Shown here: positions 1 through 10,393 of the stretch, piece by piece
Layout of the letters: each line of letters starts with the position of its first letter
How positions within the stretch are numbered: position 1 is the stretch's first letter
Source: Bacillota bacterium
Lineage (GTDB): Bacteria > Bacillota > Sulfobacillia > JAJZYS01 > JAJYTV01
Length of the DNA stretch: 64,000 nt
Assembly: GCA_021847575.1 (NCBI GenBank)
Contig: JAJZQO010000007.1
Span: 430-64,429, forward strand
Reading direction: 5' to 3'
The notes under the pieces: model-generated
The model's database searches: none
What the model was told of the DNA's origin: nothing
The model's input: the letters and a program-made list of their open reading frames with translations, nothing else
Program-made: the position numbers and the translations under genes

Positions 1-525
1 GAGTCGATCGGCCGCTTCCTGTCGATCTATCCCTGGGACTTCGTGCTCGGCTCGGTGCACTTCGTCGACGGAGTCGGCGTCGATCTCGAGCTGGACAGGC
101 CCAACGCCGTCAGCATGGGCCACGAACGGCTCTGGCGGCGCTACTTCGAGCTGAGCCGCGAGGCGGTGCGCTCGGGGCTGTTCGACGTCCTCACGCATCC
201 CGATCTGCCGAAGATCTTCGGCCAGCCGGCGCCGGACTTCGCGCAGGCCGAGTACGAACGCACCGCCACGGCATTGGCCGAGGCGGACATGGCGCTCGAA
301 TGCAACACGGCGGGCCTGCGCAAGCCCGTCGGCGAGATCTATCCCGTCCCCGCCTACCTGGCCGCGGCACAGGCCGCAGGCGTGCCGGTCAGCCTCGGCT
401 CGGACGCGCACGAACCTGAGAACGTCGGCAGGAATTTCGCTGACGCAATCGCTCTCCTGCGGTCGGTCCAATATGGCTCCGCCGTCCACTTCGTCGGCAG
501 ATGCCGCATCTCGTCGCCGCTCTGA
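1..525 (+). CDS. Histidinol-phosphatase HisJ family (PHP domain), 5' end outside window
   Basis: Frame open from base 1 (..DFVLGSVH); motifs HPDLPK, ECNTAGLRKP, GSDAH. Confidence 0.85.
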   Translation, partial: ESIGRFLSIYPWDFVLGSVHFVDGVGVDLELDRPNAVSMGHERLWRRYFELSREAVRSGLFDVLTHPDLPKIFGQPAPDFAQAEYERTATALAEADMALECNTAGLRKPVGEIYPVPAYLAAAQAAGVPVSLGSDAHEPENVGRNFADAIALLRSVQYGSAVHFVGRCRISSPL

Positions 526-581
526 AGGTCAAGGCCTGGCACTTTCCGCACCAGGTACGTCCACGCGAAAGGAGCGCCGGC

Positions 582-983
582 ATGGCGCCACAAACACCAC
601 GGATCAAGCAGGCCCTCGATACGGCCCTCGGCTTCAGCGTGGTCAAGGAAGCCCCTGGCAGCGTGGAGGCGGATCTGCCGCTCGTGGGCCTCGTCGTCAA
701 CAGCCTCGGCCAGGCACACGGCGGCGCGCTCGTCTCCGTCGCAGACGCCTTGATGGCGAACCTCGCCGGACCGCCGCGCGACCGCCCGGGCGTCCAGGAG
801 GCCGTCACCGTGGACATTCACGCGCACTTCCTGCGCCCGGCGCGCGGCAGTCGCCTGCGCCTCGTCGCAGATCTGCTCCAGACAGGGCGCAGCCTGGCCT
901 TCGCACAGTGCCTCGTCTACGACGGCGAGGGGCGGCTCGCGGCGCAGATCACGGCGAGCTACGCCCTGCGCTCTCAGCCCTGA
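582..983 (+). CDS. PaaI family hotdog-fold thioesterase
   Basis: NSLGQAHGGALVSVAD motif, FLRPA; AAAGGAG RBS before ATG 582. Confidence 0.85.
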   Translation: MAPQTPRIKQALDTALGFSVVKEAPGSVEADLPLVGLVVNSLGQAHGGALVSVADALMANLAGPPRDRPGVQEAVTVDIHAHFLRPARGSRLRLVADLLQTGRSLAFAQCLVYDGEGRLAAQITASYALRSQP

Positions 984-1161
984 CGCTCTGACGCGGGAGC
1001 GGCGGGCCTTCATCTCGGCGCAGGGTCGCCGGGCAGGGACGAACCGGCCTCTCCTCTCCGCGGGCTGCCCACGGGCCGGCAGCCATGTTCCAGCCCCTTC
1101 ACCTCGCAGTCCCCCTCCCGCCCGTGCCCACGCCACAACAGCCCAAGCGCCCGGACCCGCG

Positions 1162-3171
1162 TCAGCCGGCGGCCTCGATCCGCACCCGCACCGTGTAGAA
1201 CGTCGCACCGCCGCCGTAGTCCGAGAGTGCCTGCGACGTGAGGCGGTTGACGTTGCGCCCATGATCCTCGTGGTTCCAGCGCACGGCGTAGCTCACGACG
1301 CTGCCGGGCTGCGGCACGTCGCTCGCCAGGGCCGTCAGCTCCACCTCTCCCCGCTCGTTCCAGACGCGCACCCGCGTGCCGTGGGCGATGCCGAGCCTTG
1401 CCATGTCCTCCCCCGCCATGAGCAGTTCCGGCAGGGGGTGGCCCCTGCGCAGGCTGGGCAAGTTGCCGAAGCTCGACTTGATCGTCTCGCGCGTCGAGGG
1501 CGTCAGGAGATCGAACTCGCCCGGACGCCCTCGACGCGCCGCAACCGCCTGCGCGGTCATGGTGCCTGGCGGCGGTGCCAGCTGCAGGCGGCCGCCGGGC
1601 CGAGGCACAGGCAGGTCGACGAAGGGTCGCGTCTCGGCCGGCAGGCGCAACTTCTGCACAGGCTCGCGCAGGAGCGCCTCGAACGTGATGCCGTCGAGCC
1701 ATGGGTGTCCGCTCGTCAGGGCCTCCTCGATCAGGCTGCGGTCGTCGCTCTGCAGTTCGGCGTCTGTGAGGCCGATCGCCCGCGCGAGGCGGCGGAAGAA
1801 CTCGGGGTTCGAGACCGCTTCCCCCTGTGGCGGCACGGCGGGCAGGCTCAGCTGCACGTAGCGGTGCCAGTAGGAGGTATGCAGGTCCAGGACCTCCATC
1901 GACATGGCGGCCGGCAGCACGAAGTCCGCGTACTTCGCGGTGTCGGTCAGCATTTGCTCGTGCACGACGGTCAGCAGGTCCTCGCGCGCGAGCCCAGCGA
2001 GGACCCTCGACTGGTCCGGCGCCGTGGCGGCCGGATTCGCATTGTAGACGAACAGCGCCTGCACGGGCGGCTTTGTCAGATCGAGCAGGGCGTCGCCGAG
2101 CTGCACCATGTTCACGTTGCGCGCGGCACCTTGCACCGGCGCGAGATCGCGGAGCGGGAAGGCGTCGCCGTTGCCCATGAGCAGTCCGCCGCCGACGTCG
2201 CGCCATGCGCCCGAGATCACGGAAAGGGCCGCGATGGCCCAGACCGTGGCCGCACTGTCGCTCTGGCGCTGCACGCCGTAGCCGGGCCTCAGAAGGAGCG
2301 GGCGGGCCGCCGCAATGCGCTCCGCGAGCTCGGCGATCGCGGCCGGCTCGAGCCCTGTGACCTCGGCCGTGCGCGTGATGCTCCAGGGCTCGACGAGCCC
2401 GAGGTAGTCGCGGAAGCCCTCGGCGCGCTCTTCGGCGAACTCCCGATCGTAGCGGCCGGTCGCGACGAGTTCGCGGCCGAGTCCGAGCGCGAGCGCGAGG
2501 TCCGTGGCGGGGCGGGGCTGGATGTGGCGGTCGTAGCGCCTGGCGGTCTCGGTGCGCAGGGGATCGATCGTCCAGACCTCGCCGCCCGCCTTGCGGGCCT
2601 CATCGAGCAGCGGGATCTGATGGACGTTGGTGGCCATCGGGTTCGCGCCCCAGAGCAGCACGAAGGCCGCCGCGGGAATCGTCTCGGGATCCGGCCCCAT
2701 GACCGTGCCGAAGACCCAGCGCAGGGCAGCGTGGCCAGCTGCGGTGCAGATCGTCCGCTCGAGGCGGCTCGCGCCGATGCGCCCCCAAAGGCGCGCGTCG
2801 AGCGCGCCGCCGGCGAGCAGCCCCATGTTGCCCGCGAAGCTGTAGGGCAGCACCGCCTCGCCGCCGTGCTCGCGCAAGACCCTTTGCACGCGCTCCCCGA
2901 TCTCCGCCATCGCCTCGTCCCAGGTGACCCGCTCGAACTCCCCCGCCCCCTTGGCGCCCCGCCGGCGCAGGGGATGCAGCAAGCGTTGCGGGTGGTTGAG
3001 ACGTTCGAGATAGTGGTTCACTTTGTAGCAGAGGAAGCCGCGCGTCAAGGGGTGCGACGGGTCGCCCTCGATGCGGCGGATGACGCCGTCCTGGACGTGG
3101 ACCCGCAGGGAACACGTGTCGTAGCAGTCGTGCGGGCAGGCGCCATGCACCGCAATCTCCCCGGCCGCCAA
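1162..3171 (-). CDS. Molybdopterin oxidoreductase (DMSO reductase superfamily, YyaE-like)
   Basis: N-terminal CPHDCYDTC...C Fe-S motif, ICTAAG, C-terminal molybdopterin dinucleotide-binding domain. Confidence 0.85.
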   Translation of the reverse strand: MAAGEIAVHGACPHDCYDTCSLRVHVQDGVIRRIEGDPSHPLTRGFLCYKVNHYLERLNHPQRLLHPLRRRGAKGAGEFERVTWDEAMAEIGERVQRVLREHGGEAVLPYSFAGNMGLLAGGALDARLWGRIGASRLERTICTAAGHAALRWVFGTVMGPDPETIPAAAFVLLWGANPMATNVHQIPLLDEARKAGGEVWTIDPLRTETARRYDRHIQPRPATDLALALGLGRELVATGRYDREFAEERAEGFRDYLGLVEPWSITRTAEVTGLEPAAIAELAERIAAARPLLLRPGYGVQRQSDSAATVWAIAALSVISGAWRDVGGGLLMGNGDAFPLRDLAPVQGAARNVNMVQLGDALLDLTKPPVQALFVYNANPAATAPDQSRVLAGLAREDLLTVVHEQMLTDTAKYADFVLPAAMSMEVLDLHTSYWHRYVQLSLPAVPPQGEAVSNPEFFRRLARAIGLTDAELQSDDRSLIEEALTSGHPWLDGITFEALLREPVQKLRLPAETRPFVDLPVPRPGGRLQLAPPPGTMTAQAVAARRGRPGEFDLLTPSTRETIKSSFGNLPSLRRGHPLPELLMAGEDMARLGIAHGTRVRVWNERGEVELTALASDVPQPGSVVSYAVRWNHEDHGRNVNRLTSQALSDYGGGATFYTVRVRIEAAG

Positions 3172-3198
3172 GCCGCCACCTCCTTCGCAATCGCGGTG

Positions 3199-4503
3199 TC
3201 AGTCTCCGCTGGGAGCGGCGCCCGGCTGCGCCTCGTCCCGCTCGAGATAGAGCTGGCGGGACTCCTGGTCGTAGGCGAAGATCTCGGCGTAGCGGCCCCA
3301 CTCGATCAGGGTGTCGACCTGCCGCTCCGCCTCCTCGACACCGTAGCTCTGCTCCATCGCGTCGACGAAGAACTCGCGGTTCATCCGCCCGTTGGACTTC
3401 TGAACCAGAACGCGCTCGATCTGCGCCAGCGCGGGACAGCGCTCGAGCGCCTGCGTGCGGAAGATCTCCTTGCGCTCGAGCAGGTTCGCGCCAGCGTAGC
3501 GCCGCCCCTGCGGCGTCAGCTCGATGTCGCCCTCGTGCACCTTGGCGAGACCCAGGAGTTCGAGGCCCTCGACAATCGGCAGGAGGTCGTCGACGTCGAA
3601 CTGCAGCTCCTCGCCCAGACGGTAGATGTCCTCGCGCGGGGCGTCCTCCAAAAGCTCAACCAGGCCGTTGAGCGCTCCCGAGCGCACGGCCGGGATCGGC
3701 TCGGGGCGCCTGCGCCCCTGGGCCGTCTCCTTCTCGCCAGCGCGCTGCGTCAGCAGGGAATAGATCTGGTCGACGATCTGCGCGAAGCGCCTGTCCTCGC
3801 GGTCGCGCCAGTGCGGCAGGGTGATCGCCACCTCCGCGCGCACCTCGGCGGGGTCGCGCGACAGCACGATGGCCCGGACCGCGAGGTAGACGGCCTCCTC
3901 GATCGAGTGGGTCACGATCACGACCGCCCTGGTCGGGATGCGCCGCTCGAGCCAGAGCTCGAGCAGGTCGCGCCTCAGGTTCTCCGCGGTCAGGACGTCG
4001 AGCGCCGAGAACGGCTCGTCCATCAGCAGCACGTCCGGGTCGACGACGAGCGCCCGCGCGAACCCGACGCGCTGTCGCATGCCCCCCGACAGTTCCTTCG
4101 GGTAGGCGCCCTCGAAGCCGTCGAGGCCGATCATGTCGATCACGCGCAAGGCCCGCTCGTGTCGCTCGGCCTCGATCAGCCCCTGTGCCTTGAGGCCGAG
4201 TTCGACGTTCTCCTGCACCGTCAGCCAGGGGAAGAGCGCGAACGACTGGAAGACCATGGCCACCCCGTTGCCACCGCGCTGGGCCATGGCGCCGTGGTAG
4301 GTGATGCGGCCGCGCGTCGGCGCGACGAGTCCCGCGATGATGCGCAGCAGGGTGGACTTGCCGGAGCCGGAGGGGCCGAGCACAGCCAGCACCTCGCCCT
4401 CGCGCACCGCGAGGTCGATGCCGCGCAAAACCTGCTTGCCGCCGCCGCCAGGCATCTCGTAGATCTTGTCGATGTGCTCGGCCACGATCAGCGGCTCCAG
4501 CAT
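3199..4503 (-). CDS. NitT/TauT family ABC transporter ATP-binding protein with C-terminal AAA-associated domain
   Basis: GPSGSGKS, LSGGMRQR, LLMDEPFSALD, extended C-terminus. Confidence 0.9.
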   Translation of the reverse strand: MLEPLIVAEHIDKIYEMPGGGGKQVLRGIDLAVREGEVLAVLGPSGSGKSTLLRIIAGLVAPTRGRITYHGAMAQRGGNGVAMVFQSFALFPWLTVQENVELGLKAQGLIEAERHERALRVIDMIGLDGFEGAYPKELSGGMRQRVGFARALVVDPDVLLMDEPFSALDVLTAENLRRDLLELWLERRIPTRAVVIVTHSIEEAVYLAVRAIVLSRDPAEVRAEVAITLPHWRDREDRRFAQIVDQIYSLLTQRAGEKETAQGRRRPEPIPAVRSGALNGLVELLEDAPREDIYRLGEELQFDVDDLLPIVEGLELLGLAKVHEGDIELTPQGRRYAGANLLERKEIFRTQALERCPALAQIERVLVQKSNGRMNREFFVDAMEQSYGVEEAERQVDTLIEWGRYAEIFAYDQESRQLYLERDEAQPGAAPSGD

Positions 4504-4515
4504 GGCGGTCGCCTC

Positions 4516-6225
4516 CTAGTCGAGATGATAGCGCGTCTCGGCGAGCCGGTAGAGCGGACGCCAGACGAGGCGGTTCATGGCGATGACGAAGAGCGACATC
4601 ACAGCGATGCCGAGGAGCACCTGCGAGCCGTCGCCACGGGCCGTGGCGAGCGTGATGTAGGCCCCGAGGCCCTGCGCCACCAGCGTGTGGTGCTGCCAGC
4701 TCGCGACCTCCGCGACGATCGAGGCGTTCCAGGCCCCCCCCGCCGCCGTCACGCCACCCGTGACGAGCGACGGGAAGATGGCCGGCAGCACGAGTTCCCG
4801 CCAGCGCAGCAGCCCCTTGAGGCCGAAGATGCGTCCCGCCTCCTTGAGGTCCTGCGGGATCGCGAGGCTGCCCGCGATGACGTTGAACAGGATGTACCAC
4901 TGCGTGCCGAGCATCATCAGCGGGATCGCGCCGATGTCGAGGCCGGCCCGCACGCGCAAGAGCCACGCGACCACGATCGGGAAGAGCATGTTGGCGGGGA
5001 ACGATGCCGCGATCTGCGCGAGCGGCTGCGCCCAGCGCGAGACGCGCGGGCTGAGGCCGATCGCCACGCCGACCGGCACCGTCCAGATGGCGCCGAGCAG
5101 CACGGCCGCCATCACCCGCAGCCAGGTCAGGATGCCGAGCCAGCCGACGTGCACGATCTCGTGCGGCGCGATGCCCGACAGCAGGCGCCAGCCGGTGCGC
5201 AGGGCCAGAGCGAGCACAAGGACGCCGAGCAGGCCGAACAGCACGCGCCAGACCACGCTGGACTGCGCGCCCGCAGGCCTTCGCGCAGGCGGCCGGCTGA
5301 ACCATCGCCAGAGCGTCTCCCAGGCGGGATGCAGGAGACGCCAGAGCCCCTCGACCAGCGCGGAGCGGCGCAGGAGCGTGAGCACGAACGACGTCGGCCC
5401 CTCCGCGGCTGGGGTCTGCTCGAGCTTGAAGCGCTGCGACCAGGCGACGATGGGACGCCAGAAGAGCTGGTCGACCAGCACGATCAGCACGATCATGACC
5501 GCGACGGCGGCGAGCATGGCGGGCGTATCGCCGCGCTGCTCGGCGAGCGCCATGTAGGAGCCGATGCCCGGCAGCATGACCCGCCGTCCGGAGAACGTCA
5601 CCGTCTCAGATGCCGCAAGGAAGAACCAGGAGCCGCCGAACGACATCATGCTGTTCATCACGAGCGTGATGGCGGAACTCGGCAATTCGAGGTACCATAG
5701 CCGCGACCAGCGGCCCAGGCGGTAGACGTGGGATGCTTCCTCGAGATCGGCCGGCAGGGTGACGAGCGTGTGGTAGAAGGCGAAGGTCATGTTCCAGGCC
5801 TGCGCCGTGAAGATGGCGAAGACGGCGGCGATCTCCAGTCCGAGCGAACTGCCTGGGAAGAGGCCCGCGAAGAAGGCCAGGGTCGCCGAGAGGAAACCAA
5901 GCACAGGCACCGACTGCAGGATGTCGAGCAAGGGCACGAGAACGCGCCCGGCCCAGGGGCTTTTGGCGGCGAGGTAGCCGTAGACGACGGCGAAGACGAG
6001 CGAGGCGAGGAAGGCGATGAAGATGCGCAAAAGGCTCTCGCCCGCGTACAGCGGCAGTGCGGCCGGGCTCAGCGATATCGTGCCCACGTCGTGCAGCGGC
6101 AGGGCCATGCGGCCGCCAAGGCGCAGCACCGCCAGAAGCATGAGGAGCACCGCCGCGAATACGAGCAGGTCCACCCAGCCCAGGCGGACGCGGCGGGCGA
6201 TGCCAGGTGCGGGAAACCAGCTCAC
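4516..6225 (-). CDS. ABC transporter permease with duplicated membrane domains (NitT/TauT type)
   Basis: DILQSVPVLGF and ASFPANMLFP repeats; GTG at 6225 with GGAGGT RBS (ORF-track start 6693 is too long). Confidence 0.85.
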   Translation of the reverse strand: MSWFPAPGIARRVRLGWVDLLVFAAVLLMLLAVLRLGGRMALPLHDVGTISLSPAALPLYAGESLLRIFIAFLASLVFAVVYGYLAAKSPWAGRVLVPLLDILQSVPVLGFLSATLAFFAGLFPGSSLGLEIAAVFAIFTAQAWNMTFAFYHTLVTLPADLEEASHVYRLGRWSRLWYLELPSSAITLVMNSMMSFGGSWFFLAASETVTFSGRRVMLPGIGSYMALAEQRGDTPAMLAAVAVMIVLIVLVDQLFWRPIVAWSQRFKLEQTPAAEGPTSFVLTLLRRSALVEGLWRLLHPAWETLWRWFSRPPARRPAGAQSSVVWRVLFGLLGVLVLALALRTGWRLLSGIAPHEIVHVGWLGILTWLRVMAAVLLGAIWTVPVGVAIGLSPRVSRWAQPLAQIAASFPANMLFPIVVAWLLRVRAGLDIGAIPLMMLGTQWYILFNVIAGSLAIPQDLKEAGRIFGLKGLLRWRELVLPAIFPSLVTGGVTAAGGAWNASIVAEVASWQHHTLVAQGLGAYITLATARGDGSQVLLGIAVMSLFVIAMNRLVWRPLYRLAETRYHLD

Positions 6226-6324
6226 GCTGCACCTCCCCGGCCTGCCGCGCAGGCGTTCGCGGCAGAAAGCTTGGCCATTATACCTTGGCCCTGAGGCGGC
6301 CGAAACGTCCGGGCGGCGCCACGC

Positions 6325-7842
6325 ATGACCTTCGACTGGGTCACGCTGCAGGCGGTCGCCCGGGAACTTGCAGACCTGAGGGGCGCTCGCGTCGACCGGG
6401 TGGACGTCGAGGAGCGGCGCATCGTGCTGGTGCTCAGGCACGGGCAGGCATCCGCTCTCGCCTTCGACACCCGCGCGGAGATCGCGCCCGTCTACCTCCC
6501 GCCCGTGCCGGGCCGCCGGACGACCGCAGCCTCTGCGGCGGAACTCCTGCTCCGCCGCCACCTCGAGGGAGCGCGGATCAAAGGGGCGCGCAGTCCCTTC
6601 GGCGAGCGGCTCGTGCAACTCTGCCTCGAGGGGCGGGACCGTTTCGGCGATCTGCGCGACCTCTACCTTGTGGCCGAGTTCTTCGGCACGCACCCCGATC
6701 TCCTGCTGGTCGCCGACGCCCAGGTGGTCTGGACGCTCTACGGGCGGCGCAAGGGCCTGGGCGCTCCCTACGCTGTGCCAGGCCCGAGACTCCTGCCGCC
6801 CTCCGTCAAGCCGCCCCTCTACGGACCCTCAGCCGCCGAGATCGCGCTGCGGGTCCAGGAGGGCAGGTACGAGCCGGTCCTCCTAGCAGCTGAGGGTCAG
6901 CCTCTGCGCGCCCTGCCATTCCCCCCCGCCTCCGGCCACGCGTCGCCACTGCCCGGCCTGCTCACGGGACTCTCGCAGGTCGCGGCGGCCGAACTGCGCC
7001 GGCGCCAGGAGCACGATCTGCGCCAGAGCCTGCTGAAGTCCCTCGCGCAGCGCACGCGAGCCCGCGGCACGGCGCTCGCCCGCAAGGAGGAGGAGCACCG
7101 CGAGACGCTGGGGGCGGAAGGTCTGCGCCACGACGGCGAGAGCCTCAAGGCAGGCCTGCATCTGGTCCGACCAGGACAGGCGAGCGCCGTGCTGCCGGAC
7201 GCCCTCGAGCCCGACCGGACCCGCACGATCGTTCTCGACCCGCAGCTTGCGCCGAGCGAAAACATGGCCGCCATCTTCCGTCGCTACCGCAAGCTGAGAA
7301 GCCGCGAGCAGCATCTCGCGGGCGACCTCGAAAGCCTGCGCGAAGAGCTCGCCGAGCTCGAGCGGCTCCGCCAGGAGGTGCAGTCTGCGGCGGACCTCGC
7401 CCAGCTCGAGGCCCTGCGCGAGACGGTGCTCGGCACGCGCCGGGAGAGCCGGCAGGGTCGCGACCAAGGCCCCATGCGCTTCCGCACGGCCGGCGGCCAT
7501 GAAGTGCTCGTGGGCCGCAGCGCCAAGGAGAACGACGTCCTGACGCGCGCTGCGCGGCCGAGCGACCTCTGGTTCCACACGAAGGACAGGCAGGGAGCGC
7601 ACTGCATCCTGCGCCCCCTGCCCGGCCGCGCCGTCGGCGCCCCGGACCGCCTGGAGGCGGCGCTCCTCGCCGCCTACTATTCGAAGCAGCGCCACTCAAG
7701 CCAGGTTCCCGTCGACTACACGTTCGTGCGCCATGTGCGGCGGCCGCGTGGCGCGGCCCCCGGATTCGTGCTCTACGACCACCACGAGACGCTCTTCGTC
7801 ACGCCGAGCGAAGAGGCGATCGCCCCTATCAGGGCCCGTTGA
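6325..7842 (+). CDS. rqcH: Rqc2/RqcH (NFACT, FbpA-like) ribosome quality-control protein
   Basis: N-terminal MTFD, coiled coil, VGRSAKEND, DLWFHTKD..GAH, VPVDYT NFACT-R motifs. Confidence 0.85.
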   Translation: MTFDWVTLQAVARELADLRGARVDRVDVEERRIVLVLRHGQASALAFDTRAEIAPVYLPPVPGRRTTAASAAELLLRRHLEGARIKGARSPFGERLVQLCLEGRDRFGDLRDLYLVAEFFGTHPDLLLVADAQVVWTLYGRRKGLGAPYAVPGPRLLPPSVKPPLYGPSAAEIALRVQEGRYEPVLLAAEGQPLRALPFPPASGHASPLPGLLTGLSQVAAAELRRRQEHDLRQSLLKSLAQRTRARGTALARKEEEHRETLGAEGLRHDGESLKAGLHLVRPGQASAVLPDALEPDRTRTIVLDPQLAPSENMAAIFRRYRKLRSREQHLAGDLESLREELAELERLRQEVQSAADLAQLEALRETVLGTRRESRQGRDQGPMRFRTAGGHEVLVGRSAKENDVLTRAARPSDLWFHTKDRQGAHCILRPLPGRAVGAPDRLEAALLAAYYSKQRHSSQVPVDYTFVRHVRRPRGAAPGFVLYDHHETLFVTPSEEAIAPIRAR

Positions 7843-8938
7843 GGTAGCTCCAGATGCTCGGATCCTCGAGGCCGAGGCGCCAGAGCACGATGCCGCGCAG
7901 CCCGTAGCTCGAGGCCAGGCGCACCTTGCTCTCGAAGTCGCTGAGGCCTTCGTAGTAGGCGATGTGGCGCACGCCGTCCTGCCAGTAGACCAGGTCCTGG
8001 GATGTGGGCGACGCGCCGTGCTGCAGGGCGAGTTCCCGGAAAGCGCCGAACGAGAGGCCCTGTGCCGTGCCGCCGCCACCCCAGTCGTAGCCGTACAGGG
8101 GAATGCCCAGGACCACACGCCGCGGCGGGATCGTCCGCGCGGCGTAGTTGGACACCTGCCGCACCCAGGCGGTGCTCGCGATCGGCCCGGCGCTGCCGCC
8201 GGCGTAGTGCTGGTCGTAGGCCATGACCATGACGAGGTCGGCCTCCTTGCCGAGCGTCTTGTAGTCGTAGGCTCCTGTCCAGGAGTCGTGCGGCTCGTCG
8301 TTCGTCTCGGCCGGCACCGAGAGGGTGAGGTAGTAGCCGTAGCGGTGCAAGAGGTCTGCGAGCTGGCCCACGAAATTCGAGTAGGCTTGCCGATCGCTGG
8401 GCGGCACACCCTCGAAGTCCAGGTTGATGCCGTCGAAGCCATCCTGCTCGCAGAGTGCGAGCAGGCTCTCCATGGCCCGGCGCGAGGCGACAGCGCTCTC
8501 GAGCAGCGGTCCCAGGATCTGCCCGCCGTATTGGTTCTGCTGCACCATCGCGAAGACCCAGAGCTTGTGGCTGCGGGCATAGTCGAGCACCCTCTGGTCG
8601 GGCTGGCCGGTGACGGCGCCGTCCGCCCAGATGGTGTACCAGTCGGGCACGATGCCCGAGAGCAGGTGCGCGTCTTCCTGCAGGCTTTGGTAGCCGCCCC
8701 CGTTCGCGCCGCCCGCGTAGTAGCCCAGCACGATCGGCGTCGGCAGGCCGTCGCCGTGCGGTGCGCCGAGCATCGCCACCTCCTGGGCTTGGCCCCTGCC
8801 GTGCAGCGGCGTCAGGAGCGCATCCACGCCGCGTGCGACGCGCGCGAGGAAGGCATGGTCGAAAAGCGCCCCCGCAGCGGCGATCCCGAGGATCAGCACG
8901 GCAAGGGCGACGAGATCCGTAAAGATGCCGCGCCGCAC
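7829..8938 (-). CDS. GH18 family spore peptidoglycan hydrolase (YaaH/YdhD-like) with N-terminal membrane anchor
   Basis: FDGINLDFE, VMAYDQH, LGIPLYGYDW, WRLGLED; GTG 8938 after GGAGGGAG. Confidence 0.85.
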   Translation of the reverse strand: MRRGIFTDLVALAVLILGIAAAGALFDHAFLARVARGVDALLTPLHGRGQAQEVAMLGAPHGDGLPTPIVLGYYAGGANGGGYQSLQEDAHLLSGIVPDWYTIWADGAVTGQPDQRVLDYARSHKLWVFAMVQQNQYGGQILGPLLESAVASRRAMESLLALCEQDGFDGINLDFEGVPPSDRQAYSNFVGQLADLLHRYGYYLTLSVPAETNDEPHDSWTGAYDYKTLGKEADLVMVMAYDQHYAGGSAGPIASTAWVRQVSNYAARTIPPRRVVLGIPLYGYDWGGGGTAQGLSFGAFRELALQHGASPTSQDLVYWQDGVRHIAYYEGLSDFESKVRLASSYGLRGIVLWRLGLEDPSIWSYLNGP

Positions 8939-9001
8939 AGGCTCCCTCCACCTTCCGGGTTCGCCCATGCCTATGCGGCGCAGAGCCACCGCATGCGCCC
9001 C

Positions 9002-9397
9002 TCAGGGCCGCTGCGCCACCGCCTCGATCTCGACGAGCTGGCCCTGATAGCCGAGGAAGGTCACGCCGAGCAAGGTGCTTGGCGCCGGATGCTCCTTGAA
9101 GAACTCCTCCACCACCCGCCATGCCTCGATCAGGCCGTTGCGCTCCGGCGCCGCGACGAAGACCGTGGTCTTGAGAACATCGCGGATCGTGCAGCCGGCC
9201 GCGGCGAGGCCGATCTCGAGGTTGCGGCAGGCCCTCTGCATCTGCGCGGAGATGTCGCCTGGCGCGACGACCGCCCCCTCTTCGTCCAGCGGACAGGCAC
9301 CCGCGGTGAACACGAGTCCCGTCCCTGCCGCGAGGGCGGCGTAGGAGTAGGGAGCGTCCGGGTAGAGCTCTTTGGATCCGAGCAGCGTGACGGCCAT
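9002..9397 (-). CDS. RidA/YjgF family protein
   Basis: VFTAGACP, APSTLLGV..L, LVEIEAVA. Confidence 0.85.
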   Translation of the reverse strand: MAVTLLGSKELYPDAPYSYAALAAGTGLVFTAGACPLDEEGAVVAPGDISAQMQRACRNLEIGLAAAGCTIRDVLKTTVFVAAPERNGLIEAWRVVEEFFKEHPAPSTLLGVTFLGYQGQLVEIEAVAQRP

Positions 9398-9465
9398 CAG
9401 CTTTAGCCTCCTCGTACCGAACCGAACCGAGTTTGCCGCCCGAAGCGGTCAGTTCCGCAGGCGCG

Positions 9466-9792
9466 TCAGGTCAGCCTCTGCCAGGGCCACCCACGCACCC
9501 CGGCGGGCCAGGGCGCGAAGGCACGCCAAGCCCAGGTGCCCTTCCCCGTCTGCGCAGCGGCCGCAGGCGCGAGAGCCTGGGCGTACAGATCTGCATGGAA
9601 CCCGACGAGCACCTCGTCCCCAATCTTCGTCACCGGTACGCTCCTGGCATCGGTCAACTGGCGCATCTCGCGCATGTACCTGGCGCTCGTGAAAACGTTG
9701 CGCTCCTCCCACCTGACTCCTCTCGCCGAGAGGAAGCGCCTCGCCTGGGCGCAATGCGGTCAGAGCGGAACGACATACACGACGACTTGCAT
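9466..9792 (-). CDS. Glutaredoxin/NrdH-like selenoprotein (UPHC active site)
   Basis: MQVVVYVVPL-TGA(9762-9760)-PHCAQARRFLSARGVRWEERNV...SVPVTKIGDEVLVGF continuous in one frame; RBS AAGGGGG; SECIS-like hairpin downstream. Confidence 0.8.
9717..9735 (-). promoter_or_regulatory. Putative bacterial SECIS hairpin
   Basis: TTCCTCTC-GGC-GAGAGGAG stem beginning 25 nt after the UGA, G at the start of the loop. Confidence 0.65.
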
Positions 9793-9796
9793 CGTG

Positions 9797-10393
9797 CTAT
9801 CCCCCTTCGGCTTCTGCGGGCGGGACCGACTTCCTCCGCCGTACATCGACGTGGAGCTCGAGATGGATGATGTGGCCGCCCGCGACGATGACGACCGGCC
9901 AGTAGCCCGGGGTCGTCCTCGTGCCCACCTCCCATGTCCAGGTGACGTAGCCTTGCGCGTCGGACGTCCGCGGCCCAAGGCCCGAGGCATGGCTCGGCCC
10001 GCTACGGTAGTCGACCGTGATCGTCGCGGCGGCATGCGGCGCCGTGCGGATCTCGACGCTGGCGTCCTGCCCGGGTGGCACATCAAGGCTCCGCGAGACG
10101 ACGGTCAGGCCCTGAACAGAGTCGGCTCCAGCGGAAACGCCGCCCAAATGGGACCCTTGCAACGGGCAGTCCCTGTCTTTGTTGCCACAGACGCCTGTCG
10201 TAACCGATGCGGCGGCCGCAGCCGGAGAGTATTCCGCCGTGGCGTGCCCCTTGACGATCCATGCCGGATGGATCTCGTTCCAGCCATGGTCCTTGTCGTC
10301 GACCCACGCCCCTGTGACGGTGATGCGCTGGCCGACCCGGGGAACAGGAATGTGGGGTCTTGCGCGACATTGGCCAAGGACGCTGTGGGCCTC
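9797..10393 (-). pseudogene. 5'-truncated gene for a probable extracellular protein (GWNEIHP region plus Ig-like C-terminal domain)
   Basis: Protein-like frame (HIPVPRVGQRITVTGAWVDDKDHGWNEIHP...GYVTWTWEVGTRTTPG) continues upstream of TTG 10162 with no start codon before an in-frame TGA at 10394-10396. Confidence 0.55.

Noticed and set aside
1261-5700. 1479-aa plus-strand ORF and many similar long antisense ORFs (e.g. 43884..46607, 38110..40392)
   Set aside because: Shadow frames of real minus-strand genes in high-GC DNA; no motifs
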